This document shows positions 19,429 to 30,032 of a stretch of DNA of 64,000 bases, piece by piece. How positions within the stretch are numbered: the first letter of the stretch is position 1; every line of letters begins with the position of its first letter. The notes beneath the pieces are model-generated. The model was given only the letters and a program-made list of their open reading frames with translations, had not been told where the DNA came from and searched no databases. Position numbers and translations under genes: made by a program. Location of the stretch: the IMG/VR virus record IMGVR_UViG_3300042402_002564, positions 62,001 to 126,000 of that record; one strand, given 5' to 3'.

Positions 19429-20571
19429 ATGCACTACAAATTTCCAACAATTACAAATTTGGATCAGGTTAAAACTGCCATTGAAGGTTATGATGAATTT
19501 CGCGTAACTAACAAAGGATTTTATACCGTAGTGAATTATGCTGTAGCATTCGATAATACTTTTGATATTGTCGATGAGAATGATGTTAATGGAATGATAC
19601 GTAGAGAATGTAGGGGATTAATTTTTGATGTTGATGGTAATTTAATCTCTCGTCCTTATCATAAATTTTTTAATTTGAATGAAAGGAAAGAAACCCATAT
19701 CGACACAGTTGGATTTGACCTCCACACTGTTCTTGAAAAGATGGATGGATCTATGATTAGACCAATTCCTTCTGAATATGGATTTAGACTCGCCACTAAA
19801 GCTGGGATTACTGATGTTGCAATAAATGCTGAAATTTTTATTTCAGATAAACCAGAGTATGCAAATTTTATTAATCATTGTATTTCTAGAAATCTAACCC
19901 CAATTTTTGAATGGTGCTCTCGTAAAAACAGAATCGTAGTTGATTATCCAGAAGATAAATTAGTTCTTACTGCTTTGAGAAGTATTAAAAATGGTTCTTA
20001 TTGTTCGTATAATAACCTTCGTCTTTTATCTGAACATTATGATATTCCTCTGGTTAAAAAATGGCCAGATAATATGGACATACAACAATTAGTTGAATAT
20101 GTCCGTAATCTTGAAGATGAGGAAGGTATTGTTCTTCGTTTTGATAATGGACATATGTTAAAAATCAAAGCAGAAGAATATGTTCTTCGTCATAAATCTA
20201 AAGAACAAATCAGTCAAGAAAAAAATGTCTTGGAAGTAATCATTGAAGATAAAGTTGATGATGTAATACCATTATTGAGTGATTCTGATGCCAACAGATT
20301 AAAATACTTCCAAAAGGCATTTTGGATTAATGTTGACGAGGTTGCTTTTAATTTAGCAGAAGTTTATCAAAAAGGAAAAAACTATAAAGATAAGAAATCT
20401 TTTGCTGTGGAGTTTGTTCAAAAACTTAGTCCTCACTTGCAACCATTCATGTATGCAATGAATTCTGGAAAAGGTTCTAAGAGTCTTTTGATAGAATCTA
20501 TTAAAAAGTCTACTACTTCACAAACTAAGATTGATCAATCACGTTGGATGTGGGGAAACCTAGTTTGGTAA
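19429..20571 (+). CDS. rnlA: T4 Rnl1-like RNA ligase
   Basis: RECRGLIF, RPYHKFFNLNE, EKMDGS (motif I), FEW, EGIVL and KIKAEEY. Confidence 0.92.
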   Translation: MHYKFPTITNLDQVKTAIEGYDEFRVTNKGFYTVVNYAVAFDNTFDIVDENDVNGMIRRECRGLIFDVDGNLISRPYHKFFNLNERKETHIDTVGFDLHTVLEKMDGSMIRPIPSEYGFRLATKAGITDVAINAEIFISDKPEYANFINHCISRNLTPIFEWCSRKNRIVVDYPEDKLVLTALRSIKNGSYCSYNNLRLLSEHYDIPLVKKWPDNMDIQQLVEYVRNLEDEEGIVLRFDNGHMLKIKAEEYVLRHKSKEQISQEKNVLEVIIEDKVDDVIPLLSDSDANRLKYFQKAFWINVDEVAFNLAEVYQKGKNYKDKKSFAVEFVQKLSPHLQPFMYAMNSGKGSKSLLIESIKKSTTSQTKIDQSRWMWGNLVW

Positions 20572-20575
20572 ATTT

Positions 20576-21052
20576 ATGGAAAACGTATCAATAGAACCAT
20601 ATAAAACAATATTAGTTCTTAACGCAAGTTATGAACCAATAAATTTTTGTAATTGGAAAAGAGCCGTTGTGCTTTTACTAAAAGAGAAAGCACAATTATT
20701 GTCATCTAGAGTCATACGATTGGTAAATTACATAAATTTACCAATTTCTAAAATAATTTCATGCAAACCATCTAGGCATTTAATTTACAAAAGAGATGAC
20801 CACAGATGTCAGTATTGTGGTTCTATAAAACAACTTACAATTGACCACGTAATTCCAAAATCTAAAGGTGGTAAAGATACTTGGGAAAATTTAGTGGTTG
20901 CTTGTATGCCATGTAATACAAAAAAAGGTGATAGAACTCCAGAAGAATGGGGAACTCCTCTATATCAAAAACCAAAAGCATTATATAATAAAATGCTAAT
21001 ATCTTTAAAATCTTCTAATGTTCCTGAATGGAAGGAGTACGTTTATGCCTGA
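20576..21052 (+). CDS. HNH endonuclease (McrA-like, bacterial LVLNASYEP type)
   Basis: RDDHRCQYCG, TIDHVIPKSKGG, WENLVVACMPCNTKKG. Confidence 0.9.
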   Translation: MENVSIEPYKTILVLNASYEPINFCNWKRAVVLLLKEKAQLLSSRVIRLVNYINLPISKIISCKPSRHLIYKRDDHRCQYCGSIKQLTIDHVIPKSKGGKDTWENLVVACMPCNTKKGDRTPEEWGTPLYQKPKALYNKMLISLKSSNVPEWKEYVYA

Positions 21053-21521
21053 ATGTGTAATGTTGTGTGGAATTCCTACTTGTGGGAAGTCCACATATGT
21101 TAAAAAATTACAATCTTTAAACTATTGGAAAGATGCTGTAGTATTATCTACCGACAATTATATTGAGAAGCAGGCACAAAGGATGGGTCTGACTTATAAT
21201 CAAATTTTTGATGATGTGATTGATGATGCAACTCGGGAACTTGAACTTGAGTTCAATATGGCAAAGGACAAGGGAAAAGACATCATTTGGGATCAGACAA
21301 ACTTATCAATTAAGTCCAGAAAGAAAAAACTTTCTAAACTTCCTTCCTATTACAGGAGAGAGGCGGTATACTTTGAAATAACATTGGAGGAAGCACTAAA
21401 ACGAAATGAATGCCGTGAAGGCAAATTCATTCCCAAAAGTATTCTTCATAGAATGTACCATCAGTTTGAATTTCCAACCTTAGAAGAGGGATTTGATTAT
21501 GTTGAAAAAATTAAAGTTTAA
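21045..21521 (+). CDS. Polynucleotide kinase-like P-loop kinase (AAA_33)
   Basis: CGIPTCGKST, STD, WDQTN and KRNECR lid. Confidence 0.85.
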   Translation: MPECVMLCGIPTCGKSTYVKKLQSLNYWKDAVVLSTDNYIEKQAQRMGLTYNQIFDDVIDDATRELELEFNMAKDKGKDIIWDQTNLSIKSRKKKLSKLPSYYRREAVYFEITLEEALKRNECREGKFIPKSILHRMYHQFEFPTLEEGFDYVEKIKV

Positions 21522-21726
21522 ATCTCCATACAATCATCATTTTGAATATACTAGCGATATTGAACGTATCGTAAAAATCTTTGCCGATCGTGGATATGAG
21601 ATTTCACATCAAGATGCTGTTCATGCTTGGGAAGAATTTTCTGACAGTATGTGTGCAGGTTGGATGTGCTTAGGTGAAGATGATGAAGTCTTTCAAGACG
21701 CATTTTATTATTTTGAGGAAGTTTGA
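21499..21726 (+). CDS. Hypothetical protein
   Basis: Small ORF between the kinase and the phosphatase. Confidence 0.5.
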   Translation: MLKKLKFKSPYNHHFEYTSDIERIVKIFADRGYEISHQDAVHAWEEFSDSMCAGWMCLGEDDEVFQDAFYYFEEV

Positions 21727-22190
21727 TGGCAGAAAAAAAGAAAAATTGTTTTATATTTGACTTAGATGGAACGATTTGTAATGTAAGTCATCGTAGACAA
21801 TATGTTGTAACCAAACCACGTAACTGGGATGCTTGGAACAAAGGTCTCATTAATGATGTACCTAACGTAGCAGTTCAAAAGGTATTCCAAGCACTTCGCA
21901 ATGCTAATGATTACGATACTGATTTGATTATTGTTTCTGGTCGCTCAGACGATTATAAAGAACAAACGGTCAAGTGGTTGACTGATAATGAAATCTTTTA
22001 CGATGAAATTTATATGAGAAAGTATAAAGATCATCGGGATGATGCTGTTGTTAAAGCAGAAATTGCTGACGAAATTGAAAAAACTCACCAAATTCTTGGT
22101 GTGTTTGATGACCGTCAGAGGGTTGTGAATATGTGGATTGAGCGTGGTATCTGGGTGTTCGACGTTGGGCAAGGTAAGGGCAATTTTTGA
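21726..22190 (+). CDS. HAD-family 3'-phosphatase (PseT C-terminal domain-like)
   Basis: FDLDGT, VSGR, MR...R.D..VK, FDDR and GNF end. Confidence 0.88.
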   Translation: MAEKKKNCFIFDLDGTICNVSHRRQYVVTKPRNWDAWNKGLINDVPNVAVQKVFQALRNANDYDTDLIIVSGRSDDYKEQTVKWLTDNEIFYDEIYMRKYKDHRDDAVVKAEIADEIEKTHQILGVFDDRQRVVNMWIERGIWVFDVGQGKGNF

Positions 22191-22255
22191 ACTGGCACAT
22201 ACAATCCCACATCTGAGTTTTTTTAACCTATAATCATCTTGTACGAAAATTAACA

Positions 22256-22543
22256 ATGAGTTTTTCCAAAACTGTTTCCGTTTTCGCTGCACTTGCAAGT
22301 ATTTTTGCTGCTGGAGCTACTGGTTGGAAACTTGCAAATTCCCAACAAGAAGTTCCTTTGAATCCATTAGACCAAAAAGTAATGGAGTTGGAAAAAAAGA
22401 TTGAAGAAGTAACAACTGAAAAACCAATTGAGCAAGTGGTACAACCACAAGTAGAATTGCAACCTAAACCAACTATACCTCCAGTACCACCACTACCCCC
22501 GCTTCCAGCACCTACAGAGGACACAAATGAACAAACTCCGTAA
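22256..22543 (+). CDS. Exported/membrane-anchored Pro-rich protein
   Basis: Signal-like N-terminus and Pro-rich tail. Confidence 0.55.
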   Translation: MSFSKTVSVFAALASIFAAGATGWKLANSQQEVPLNPLDQKVMELEKKIEEVTTEKPIEQVVQPQVELQPKPTIPPVPPLPPLPAPTEDTNEQTP

Positions 22544-23570
22544 ACTTGCTTCCATCAAACCTATCACCTATATCAAACCGATTGAAGGTGCTGATGCTAT
22601 TGAGTGTGCTATTGTTGATGGTGGTTGGCCTGTAGTTGTCAAAAAAGGTGAGTATAAGGTTGGGGATATTGCCATCTACCTTGAGATTGATAGTTGGGTG
22701 CCCCACAAACTTGCTCCATTCCTTAGTAAGGGTCAAGAACCCCGTGAGTATAATGGTGTAAAGGGTGAGCGTCTTCGTACTGTTAAACTTCGTGGTCAAG
22801 TTAGTCAGGGTCTTCTGCTGCCGATTGAACTTACGTTCTGGCGTGATATTGGCACGGACCTTACAGAATCTCTGGGTATTCAGAAGTGGGAACCGCCCAT
22901 CCCTGCTCAACTTCAGGGTACGATGAAGGGTAACTTCCCACACTTCATTCCTAAAACTGATCAAGAGCGTTGCCAAAATCTTCGTAAAGACATCTTTGAG
23001 ACTCATAAAGAGGAGATTTATGAAGTCACCGTCAAACTTGATGGTAGTAGCACCACTATCTATGTCAAAGATGGTGAGGTTGGTGTATGTTCGCGGAATA
23101 TTGACCTCATTGAAACTGAGGGCAATAGTTTCTGGAAAGCAGCACGGGAGCAGAATATTATCGAACCTCTTCTTGAATTGTGTAAAGAAAAGGGTGAAGA
23201 ATATGCTATTCAAGGTGAATTGATTGGTGAAGGTATTCAGGGTAATCCTGAAAAAATCAAAGGTCAACGATTCTATTTGTTTGATATTTACAGTATTACC
23301 TGTGGTGAATATTTTAAAGCAAATGTTCGATATAGTATTCTCGATAAACTAAAGATGCTTGGTGCTGATATTGAGCACGTTCCTATTGTTGATGTTGATG
23401 TTCGTGTTGCTCAAGCATACGACAGTATTGATGACCTTCTTGAGTTTGCTGAGGGTCCATCGTTGAATCCTCAGACCAAACGTGAAGGTCTGGTCTTCAA
23501 ATCGTGGGAAAGTGACTTTACTTTTAAAGCAATTTCTAACTCTTATCTCCTAAAGCATAAAGACCGATGA
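22527..23570 (+). CDS. RNA ligase, DRB0094/Rnl5-like with N-terminal OB domain
   Basis: RKLAS...PIEGADAIE, LRGQVSQGLL, FIPKTDQER, KLDGSS, QGELIG, FDI, REGLVFK and KAISN. Confidence 0.88.
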   Translation: MNKLRKLASIKPITYIKPIEGADAIECAIVDGGWPVVVKKGEYKVGDIAIYLEIDSWVPHKLAPFLSKGQEPREYNGVKGERLRTVKLRGQVSQGLLLPIELTFWRDIGTDLTESLGIQKWEPPIPAQLQGTMKGNFPHFIPKTDQERCQNLRKDIFETHKEEIYEVTVKLDGSSTTIYVKDGEVGVCSRNIDLIETEGNSFWKAAREQNIIEPLLELCKEKGEEYAIQGELIGEGIQGNPEKIKGQRFYLFDIYSITCGEYFKANVRYSILDKLKMLGADIEHVPIVDVDVRVAQAYDSIDDLLEFAEGPSLNPQTKREGLVFKSWESDFTFKAISNSYLLKHKDR

Positions 23571-24367
23571 AAGTAAAAGTTGTATCCGATTTACATTTAG
23601 AATGTTGTGAATACGGTCACGGTGTTCCTGACCTTGGAGAGGGAGAAGTCTTAATTCTTGGTGGTGATATTCTCTGTGCTCGACACTTCAAAAAAGACGG
23701 AAACCTTCACAAGGTTTATACCGACTTCTTGAAGAAGTGTGCCGACAACTTCATGCACGTTCTGTATATCGCAGGAAATCATGAAGCATATGGATACAAC
23801 TATGAAGGAACTTGGAATGTTCTCAAAGAAAACCTTCCCAATGGTATTCATCTGATGGAAGATAGTGTAGTGAAGATTGCGGACTGGGTTTTTATTGGTT
23901 CGACTTTTTGGACTGATTTCCGCAATGGAAATGCCCTGGAAATGATGGAAGCAGCACAGTGTATGAATGATTATAAGACCATTCGCATTACTCCAAAGTA
24001 TCGCAAGATGAATCCTGATGATACTTATGCCTTTCATAACAAATCAAAGCAATTTCTACTGGATCAGTTAGAACTTTTTAAAAATCAAAAAATTTGGGTT
24101 CTCACGCACCATGCACCATCTTATCAATCAGTTCATGAGCAGTATAAAACAAGTGGTATTGCGAATGGTGCATATGTCAGCGATCTTGATGATTTTATTT
24201 TAGAACATCCAGAGATTAGAATTTGGTCTCATGGACATACACATAACTCATTTGATTACAAAATTGGTGATTGTAGAGTTGTCTGTAATCCCAGAGGGTA
24301 CTATAATGGATATAATAATTCTGGTTTGAATTTAGATTTTGATCCAAATTTTGAAATTGAGTTATGA
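23567..24367 (+). CDS. Calcineurin-like metallophosphoesterase
   Basis: SDLH, GD, GNHE, THHAP, HGHTH and NPRGY. Confidence 0.92.
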   Translation: MKVKVVSDLHLECCEYGHGVPDLGEGEVLILGGDILCARHFKKDGNLHKVYTDFLKKCADNFMHVLYIAGNHEAYGYNYEGTWNVLKENLPNGIHLMEDSVVKIADWVFIGSTFWTDFRNGNALEMMEAAQCMNDYKTIRITPKYRKMNPDDTYAFHNKSKQFLLDQLELFKNQKIWVLTHHAPSYQSVHEQYKTSGIANGAYVSDLDDFILEHPEIRIWSHGHTHNSFDYKIGDCRVVCNPRGYYNGYNNSGLNLDFDPNFEIEL

Positions 24368-24721
24368 ATTATAAAACTTTTGATGATTGGTTTGATGAAC
24401 TGGAAGGTTATTCTTATCGTTCTGAAAGATTTTGGGATGATTTTGAATACGCAGCAAAAACTAAAGATTATCCCATGATCAAAAAATGGTTGAAGACTGC
24501 ATGGGAAGTGGGATATGAGACATCCGAAAATAAATTTTATGGTGGAACAAAAAATGATTGATACTGCTAGATTTCCTTATCCAAATTTCCCATTTAGATT
24601 AGAATACGAAGAAAACAAAGTTAAAAGAGTTTGTCATTTTGAGTGTAAAGAACATCTCAATAAATATTTGGAACGTCATAAACTTAAAAAGAATAAAGTT
24701 ACAATCGAAACTCGTAAATGA
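24364..24721 (+). CDS. Two small hypothetical proteins (24364..24561, ~24554..24721)
   Basis: Tightly coupled small ORFs. Confidence 0.5.
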
Positions 24722-25551
24722 AAATATTTAAAGTCCCTCACATAGAATTACATGTAACGCATACTTGCAATTTTAGTTGTGAAGGATGTTCTCATTATTC
24801 TAATCATGGACATTCTGGGTCTTTAACTTTAAAAGAATGTGATGAATGGTTGTATTCTTGGAGTAGAAGATTACAACCAGAACTATTCACTATACTTGGT
24901 GGTGAGCCAACTCTTAATAAAAATTTGATTGATATAATTTATCTGGTTCGGATGATGTGGCCAGATACTGCAACTGCTATTGATCTTGTATCAAATGCTA
25001 GTTTTTTACATACACATCCAAATTTACCGCAGGCATTATTGGATACTGACAGTACTTTAGCAATATCTATTCATAGTAAAGTACATGCTGGATATGTAAA
25101 TAAATTTAAAAAAGGTTATAGATTGACAAAAGAATGGAGAAAGCAATACGGAATTAATTTAGAATTTTGGGATTTTACCACAGATACCTGGACTCCTCAA
25201 TATAATGGATTTGGGAATAATATGCTTCCCTATGAAGATAATAATCCAAGAAAGAGTTGGGAGAAGTGTCTATCTAAAAAAGCTCTACAAATACATGAGG
25301 GTAAATTGTGGAAATGTCCACCATTGGCATATTTACCAATGCAAGCAAAAAAATATAATCTTGACAAAAAATGGGATCCTTATTTAAAATATAAACCATT
25401 AGATTCGGATTGTTCTGATCAAGAACTTGAAGAATTTTTAAATAAAGAAGATGAATGTTTTTGTTCTATGTGCCCTGCAAATATGGATAATCCTTATAAA
25501 AAAAATGATCCAACTCTTCCAGTAAGTTATTGGGAGAAGTTAAATTCATGA
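24718..25551 (+). CDS. Radical SAM protein
   Basis: CNFSCEGC (CxxxCxxC), GGEP and C-terminal cysteines. Confidence 0.9.
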   Translation: MKIFKVPHIELHVTHTCNFSCEGCSHYSNHGHSGSLTLKECDEWLYSWSRRLQPELFTILGGEPTLNKNLIDIIYLVRMMWPDTATAIDLVSNASFLHTHPNLPQALLDTDSTLAISIHSKVHAGYVNKFKKGYRLTKEWRKQYGINLEFWDFTTDTWTPQYNGFGNNMLPYEDNNPRKSWEKCLSKKALQIHEGKLWKCPPLAYLPMQAKKYNLDKKWDPYLKYKPLDSDCSDQELEEFLNKEDECFCSMCPANMDNPYKKNDPTLPVSYWEKLNS

Positions 25552-26972
25552 TTACCTGGGGAATATCATCAGAGAGTCATAATGCTGCACTTTCTGTATT
25601 TGTTAATGATAGTCTAGTCTTCGCAAGCGAAAGTGAAAGATTCAGTGGTATAAAAAATGATGCTTATTTAAATAATGGCATTATTGACTATGCACTAAAG
25701 TTTGGAAAACCAGAATTGGTATGCTGGTATGAGAATCCATATAAGAAAACGTTTAGACAACTTCTTGCAGGTCAAGGATGGATTCAGAACGTCAAAAAGT
25801 ATGTTGATGTTCCAATCAAGTATTATGACCATCACTATACTCATGCTTGTGCTGGTTACTTTACCAGTCAGTTTGACGAGTGTTGTGTGGTGGTTATTGA
25901 TGCTATAGGAGAATTCCAAACACTTACTATCTGGGAAGCAAGAGGTAATAAATTAAAACTTAAATTTCAACGTAAATATCCACACAGCGTTGGACTTTGG
26001 TATTCTGCAATGACACAAAGGTGTGGATTAAAACCAAATGAAGAAGAGTATATCCTCATGGGCATGTCTGCTTATGGGGATAAAACACGTTATGAAGATG
26101 ATATCTATAAAGATTTCATAGGATTTAGAACAGCAACCTTTAAAAAGAATTTACATAAAGGATGTGTTGATTGGAGACCAGATATTAAAAACACTTTTGA
26201 TATCGCTGCTGCAACTCAAAACATTTATGAAACAATTTTTAGAGATATTATGCAAGTAGCATCCAATAAAGTAAAAAGTAAAAATTTAGTTCTAATGGGT
26301 GGATGTGCGTTAAATTGTGTTGCAAATCCAATTGCATATTATTATTTTGACAATTTATGGATTATGCCTGCACCTGGAGATAATGGGTCTGCCATTGGTT
26401 CTGTGCTTGCACATAAAAAGAAACATATTGATTGGCATGGACCTTATCTTGGATATTATATTAAATCAGTTGCATCAAACGAAGAAATTGTTAACCACTT
26501 AATGGATTATGGTCTTTGTGGAGTTGCAAGAGGTTGTGCAGAGTTTGGTCCTAGGGCACTGGGGAATCGTAGTTTATTTGCAGACCCTAGAGATCCACAA
26601 ATTAAATCAATGGTCAACAATATTAAACAAAGACAACAGTTTAGGCCATTTGCACCAGTAATTATGGAAGAATATGTACACGATTACTTTAGAATGCCTA
26701 CAAATTCTTCACCATACATGCAATATGCTGTAAAATGTAGATATTCTAAAAAGTTTCCAGCAATTGTTCACATAGATAAAACAAGTAGAGTTCAAACTGT
26801 TAATAGACAACAAAATACAGAACTTTATGATCTTTTAAAGATGTGGAATGAAAAAACAGGTTGTCCTATGTTATTGAATACTAGTTTGAATATTAAAGGG
26901 AAACCGATGGTAAATGATGAAAAAGATTGTAAAGAATGGGAAGAAACTTATGGGGTTAAAATATTCTCATGA
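25548..26972 (+). CDS. Carbamoyltransferase (NodU/CmcH family)
   Basis: ESERFS, HHYTHA, DAIGE, GGCALN, GDNG, EFGPRALGNRS, FRPFAP and LNTSLN. Confidence 0.93.
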   Translation: MITWGISSESHNAALSVFVNDSLVFASESERFSGIKNDAYLNNGIIDYALKFGKPELVCWYENPYKKTFRQLLAGQGWIQNVKKYVDVPIKYYDHHYTHACAGYFTSQFDECCVVVIDAIGEFQTLTIWEARGNKLKLKFQRKYPHSVGLWYSAMTQRCGLKPNEEEYILMGMSAYGDKTRYEDDIYKDFIGFRTATFKKNLHKGCVDWRPDIKNTFDIAAATQNIYETIFRDIMQVASNKVKSKNLVLMGGCALNCVANPIAYYYFDNLWIMPAPGDNGSAIGSVLAHKKKHIDWHGPYLGYYIKSVASNEEIVNHLMDYGLCGVARGCAEFGPRALGNRSLFADPRDPQIKSMVNNIKQRQQFRPFAPVIMEEYVHDYFRMPTNSSPYMQYAVKCRYSKKFPAIVHIDKTSRVQTVNRQQNTELYDLLKMWNEKTGCPMLLNTSLNIKGKPMVNDEKDCKEWEETYGVKIFS

Positions 26973-27706
26973 ATATTATAGATAATTTAAACAATAAAAA
27001 CTTTTTTCCTATTGATAAACCAAATAACAAATTTTGGTATGACCAAGATACAAAAGAACGATATATTCATAATTTAAAAGTTCAACCAGAAGAATGGCAT
27101 TATAGAGATAAAATAGTTTATTATTTGACAAATTCTTTTGGATATAGAACTAAGCCATTTAAAGATATTGATTGGAGAAAATGTATTGTTTTATTTGGGT
27201 GTTCTTACATTTACGGTGTTGGTAGTGCAGAAGATGAAACTGTAACTGGATATTTGGAACAAATAACTGGAATTCCTGTAATTAATATGGGAGCACCTGG
27301 ATCTTCACCAACCTTTTCTTTACATAATTCTGGAATTTTGAGTGCAAAATATCCAAATCCAAAAGCAGTTGTTTATGGTTGGTCTTCTCAATATAGATGT
27401 CCTTTTTATACTAAAAATGAAGTTATTCATTGTGGTAATTGGTTAAAAGATTCTAAAAAAATGGGAGAATCGTGGAATAGTAATGAAGAACATCCTGCAG
27501 TAAATTTAAAATTATCATCTATTATTTCTAAAGAAATGTGGAATAATAGAACAAAATATTATGAATTTACATTCTTTAAGACAGTTTCGGACGTTTTAAA
27601 TTGTGATTATATAAAACAAGTTGATTATGCAAGAGATTTGGGACATTCTGGAAAAGAAACTAATAAAATTGCTGCTGAAACTATTGCTAAAAATTTGAAC
27701 TTGTGA
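26969..27706 (+). CDS. SGNH hydrolase-like protein
   Basis: FGCSYIYG, NMGAPGSS and ARDLGH. Confidence 0.6.
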   Translation: MNIIDNLNNKNFFPIDKPNNKFWYDQDTKERYIHNLKVQPEEWHYRDKIVYYLTNSFGYRTKPFKDIDWRKCIVLFGCSYIYGVGSAEDETVTGYLEQITGIPVINMGAPGSSPTFSLHNSGILSAKYPNPKAVVYGWSSQYRCPFYTKNEVIHCGNWLKDSKKMGESWNSNEEHPAVNLKLSSIISKEMWNNRTKYYEFTFFKTVSDVLNCDYIKQVDYARDLGHSGKETNKIAAETIAKNLNL

Positions 27707-27836
27707 TAAAATTTAATTTTTAAAACAAACACTATGGCAACAAGAACTTATACTCAAAAAGATGGGACTATTTGGGAATGGAAAGAAACTTCCGAACTTC
27801 TCAGCATTCTTGCCCAAATCCATAGCCAAAAAAATA

Positions 27837-28052
27837 ATGAGCAACAAAAATCTAATTGACGAATCATTTTATATCAAACAATCCCAATGGGGAACATGGA
27901 GGTCATTTGATGTAAACGGGAAAGAATTAATCACTGCATTAAATGAAGAGAATTGTATAAGTGCCACAAGATTTTACTTAAAAGGTGTGCAGGAAGGGTG
28001 GAGTAATGTTGATTCTGTTAAATATGAAGGCACTGTGGGTGGCAAATTATAA
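27837..28052 (+). CDS. Hypothetical phage protein
   Basis: Likely start MSNKNLIDE; ends YEGTVGGKL. Confidence 0.5.
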   Translation: MSNKNLIDESFYIKQSQWGTWRSFDVNGKELITALNEENCISATRFYLKGVQEGWSNVDSVKYEGTVGGKL

Positions 28053-28161
28053 TGAGTAATTTAATTCAAAAGATTATTATACATATTAGTGAATATATTG
28101 AAAAAATAAAACTAAAAAGATTAGAGAAAAAAATTAAAAAAGAAGATAACTTCATATATAA

Positions 28162-28968
28162 ATGATAAACCGATTTAACTTAAAATTTAATAATAGAAAT
28201 ATTATTAAATCAATTAGAAATAATCAATTTTTACCCCTTGCAAATCATACAGTTTATAATGAAAATGGATATATACCTGCTAATAGGTTAACTCTAAAGG
28301 GAACTTGGGATTATTCTGGAACAGATAACCAAGAAAAATATTATGAACATTTACAAACACAACCTGAAGATTGGTATTATCGTCATAATAAAGTAAAATA
28401 TACTTTAAATTCTGAAGGATATAGAACTAAGGAATTTGATGAATTAGATTGGAAAAATTCTATCGTTATGTTTGGGTGCTCGTATGTATTTGGAACTGGA
28501 GTTGATGATAAACATACTATTTCTTCTTTTTTAGAGGAGATAACTGGTATTCCCGTTATTAACATGGGTGTAGGTGGGTCATCTATTCAATTGGCACTGC
28601 ATAATTCCATGATTTTAAATGATCGTTATGGACCACCTGCAGCTGTTGTATATGGATGGACTTCATTAATGAGGTATCTTGTATATCACCCACTTTATTT
28701 TGATAATAAAATACCTACAGACAGCGTAAAAGTAAAACCTGCTGAGCATCTGGTTCCTTTTAACATGATGAATGTTAAAATAGTTCGTAATCTTTGGAAG
28801 GATAAATGTAAATATTATGAATTTAGTCTTTTTGATACGACAGCAAAAATTTTAAATTGCGACTTTTATCAACCAAAAGACGATTATGCAAGAGACTTAA
28901 GGCATTGTGGTATAGAATCAAATAAAGAATTTGCAGAACTTATAAATGTAAATTTATCACTATTATGA
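28162..28968 (+). CDS. SGNH hydrolase-like protein, paralog of 26969..27706
   Basis: QPEDWYYR, NSEGYRT, FGCSYVFG and ARDLRH. Confidence 0.6.
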   Translation: MINRFNLKFNNRNIIKSIRNNQFLPLANHTVYNENGYIPANRLTLKGTWDYSGTDNQEKYYEHLQTQPEDWYYRHNKVKYTLNSEGYRTKEFDELDWKNSIVMFGCSYVFGTGVDDKHTISSFLEEITGIPVINMGVGGSSIQLALHNSMILNDRYGPPAAVVYGWTSLMRYLVYHPLYFDNKIPTDSVKVKPAEHLVPFNMMNVKIVRNLWKDKCKYYEFSLFDTTAKILNCDFYQPKDDYARDLRHCGIESNKEFAELINVNLSLL

Positions 28969-29107
28969 ACTATCACATATTAGACCCAACAACTCCCTGG
29001 TATGAATTTTTATCTTATCAAGAATGTTGTCTTAGTTTGGGAGTTCCTTGTAGAATGGGAAGTTTTTTAAGATATCATGCATATTTAAAAGAGATAGGGA
29101 TAAAATA

Positions 29108-29743
29108 ATGATTAAAAATATATTCAATAAATTTTTTGATCGTTTTTTAAAAGATTATGACTTAAAAACTTATAATATAAATTTGGTAGATAGGAAGAAT
29201 GAAAGAATTTCTCTCGCAGATGAAATTGCAAACCTTCATTCTAGAATAAGATATCTTGAAAGAGAAAATGTTTGTATGTCAAATGCAATGTATGAGATGG
29301 AGAACAGACTACAAGCACAAATTGACAAAATTAATCCTACAGTGTTAGATTTAAAGAACTTTAGTTTGGGAGACACTTAATGTACGAGTCTTTAACAGAA
29401 TTCGAAAGAGCACTTGCTCGTTTTGGAGATAAAGTTCAACTGATAGTTGGACTTGAAATTGGAGATAAAATGAGTCCTGAAATTGCATATCAGGAAATCA
29501 AAGAGATGTTGAAAGAACTTAAAAAACTTCGTAAAAAAGAAAAATCTAATTGGGAAGAAGATGACAAATAAAAAAGATAGTTTAAGAGTAACTGAAGAAA
29601 AAGATGGTAGTTTTACCGTTGAATGGGACTCAGATGACCCAGCATACTCTTGGTTAAGTACAAAAACAGAAGAGGAATTGACAGAAATTTTAACAGAGCA
29701 GATTGAAAATTATTTAAATCAACTTAAAAATAATGAGCGATAA
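29108..29743 (+). CDS. Three small hypothetical proteins
   Basis: Coupled ORFs 29108..29380, 29380..29571 and 29561..29743. Confidence 0.5.
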
Positions 29744-29987
29744 AGTAATCAAATGGTCTTTACCTGTACAATATGATCCAGAATCTGGTGATTATTTTAT
29801 CTCTTTTCCAGAAGATCTTTTACATGCTGCAAATTTAAAAGAAGGTGACCAAGTATTTTGGGTTGATAATGGCGACAAGACTTTTACAATAAAAAAAGTA
29901 AAAGAAGATGCACCAAAAACTTATCAGGATATGATTGCTGATGGGTGGGAAATGACTGTAGATGGATTCTGGATAAAGGAGAATTAA
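29733..29987 (+). CDS. AbrB/MazE-like DNA-binding protein
   Basis: YFISFPEDLLHAANLKEGDQVFW...FTIKK fits the swapped-hairpin pattern. Confidence 0.6.
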   Translation: MSDKVIKWSLPVQYDPESGDYFISFPEDLLHAANLKEGDQVFWVDNGDKTFTIKKVKEDAPKTYQDMIADGWEMTVDGFWIKEN

Positions 29988-30032
29988 AATTACAATAAAT
30001 AAGTAAATAAAAGAAAATAATATCGTTATAAA

